The notes beneath the pieces were generated by a model, which worked only from the letters and a program-made list of their open reading frames with translations, made no database searches and was not told where the DNA came from. 32,000 bases of DNA, taken from the sequence record CM010750.1; one strand, given 5' to 3'. The translations under genes and the position numbers were made by a program. Of this stretch, positions 31,505 through 32,000 are shown piece after piece; position 1 is the first letter of the stretch; every line of letters starts with the position of its first letter.

Positions 31505-31658
31505 TATCGGTTAGGTCACGGACCTAGGTTTTATAATCTTACAGTAAACACAGACATAACCAGGGCGATCAGTTCAAATTAATCTAAGAAAACCAGAACA
31601 GGGACCTAGATTTTAATTAGGTCTACCCCGTAAGGGGGTATAAATGGGGTGACTCATT
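31505..31658 (+). rRNA. rnl: probable 5' end of large-subunit rRNA (partial; continues past or into a GC cluster to the window edge)
   Basis: Collinear matches to the 23S 5' domain are seen: ggttaggtcacgg (31509; compare GGTTAAG...ACGG), ggcgatcag (31563; compare GGCGATGAAG), ttaatctaagaaaacc (31579; compare CTAATCTGCGATAAGC at the same 17-nt spacing) and aaatggggtgactc (31642; compare GAATGGGGAAACCC). Confidence 0.45.
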
Positions 31659-32000
31659 GTAGATCCGATGGGGTGGATCTCATCTTCTCTCATCTGATGT
31701 TACAGTCTCTTCCCCCGAGGGATATCCCCGGGGACCCGGGGTATCGAAGATGCCTTTAGGATAGATTATATTAGATTAGATTAGATTATAAGGGTCCCTC
31801 CACCATCCGAAAAGAGGGGAGGAGAGGGCAGGAATGTAAGATAATAGTAGAGCAGAGGCATCAGAAGGAATCGTAGGTCCCTCTCTTCTTATCTCTTCTT
31901 ATATTTTGGGAACCGTAGATTAGATAGATTAGGATAGGATAGCTTACATCCTTCGGATCGTAGGCCCTCTTACCCTATCTCTTAGGGAACCGTAGATTAG
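31659..32000. repeat. GC-rich element cluster following or interrupting the rnl 5' end
   Basis: It begins with attgtagatcc (a variant of tatcgtagatc). It contains the ggatagattatattagattagattagattataagggtccc module and taggataggatagcttacatccttcggatcgtagg, both recurrent elsewhere (18655-18690, 26824-26860, 8560-8620, 19775-19812). Confidence 0.85.

Overview
This window looks like gene-poor, repeat-saturated mitochondrial DNA read with genetic code 4 (UGA=Trp). All calls come from by-eye motif comparison; no searches or folding programs were run.

The code assignment rests on nad1 (17389-18390), which is intact only if nine in-frame TGA codons are read as Trp, several at universally conserved Trp positions.

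Genes recognised on the + strand:
- a bacterial-type ribosomal-protein cluster, rps3-rps14-rps13-rpl5-rps12 (1.3-5.5 kb)
- nad1
- five cloverleaf tRNAs: Thr-UGU, Ser-UGA, Met/Ile-CAU, Leu-UAG, Ser-GCU
- the probable 5' end of rnl at the right edge of the window

On the - strand there is a divergent SSU rRNA (rns or an rns pseudogene) at about 10.6-12.8 kb.

Bacterial-type rps/rpl genes combined with UGA=Trp argue against animal or fungal mtDNA. A protist lineage is my inference only.

Roughly a third of the window consists of clusters of short GC-rich palindromic elements from a few recurring families. Their hairpins are mostly capped by TTCG/CGAA loops, and the modules are nested in either orientation.

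The elements do not avoid genes:
- They sit in frame inside rps13, rps3 and possibly rpl5.
- They lie inside the rns body.
- They abut start codons, ending 1 nt before the nad1 ATG.

Other notable points:
- rps12 needs a -1 frameshift at a G-run.
- An 8-nt hairpin loop is found flipped between adjacent tandem copies.
- (TAGGG)n G-quadruplex motifs sit inside one element family.
- An 11-mer, TATCGTAGATC, recurs at AT/GC junctions.
- There is a duplicated rps12 5' end downstream of nad1.
- Orphan tRNA 3'-half-like modules occur at several sites.
- AT-rich spacer blocks show extreme GC skew of alternating sign.
- Decayed nuclear-type transposable-element relics (pogo-like DDE transposase, LTR-retroelement integrase) appear to be embedded in the mtDNA.
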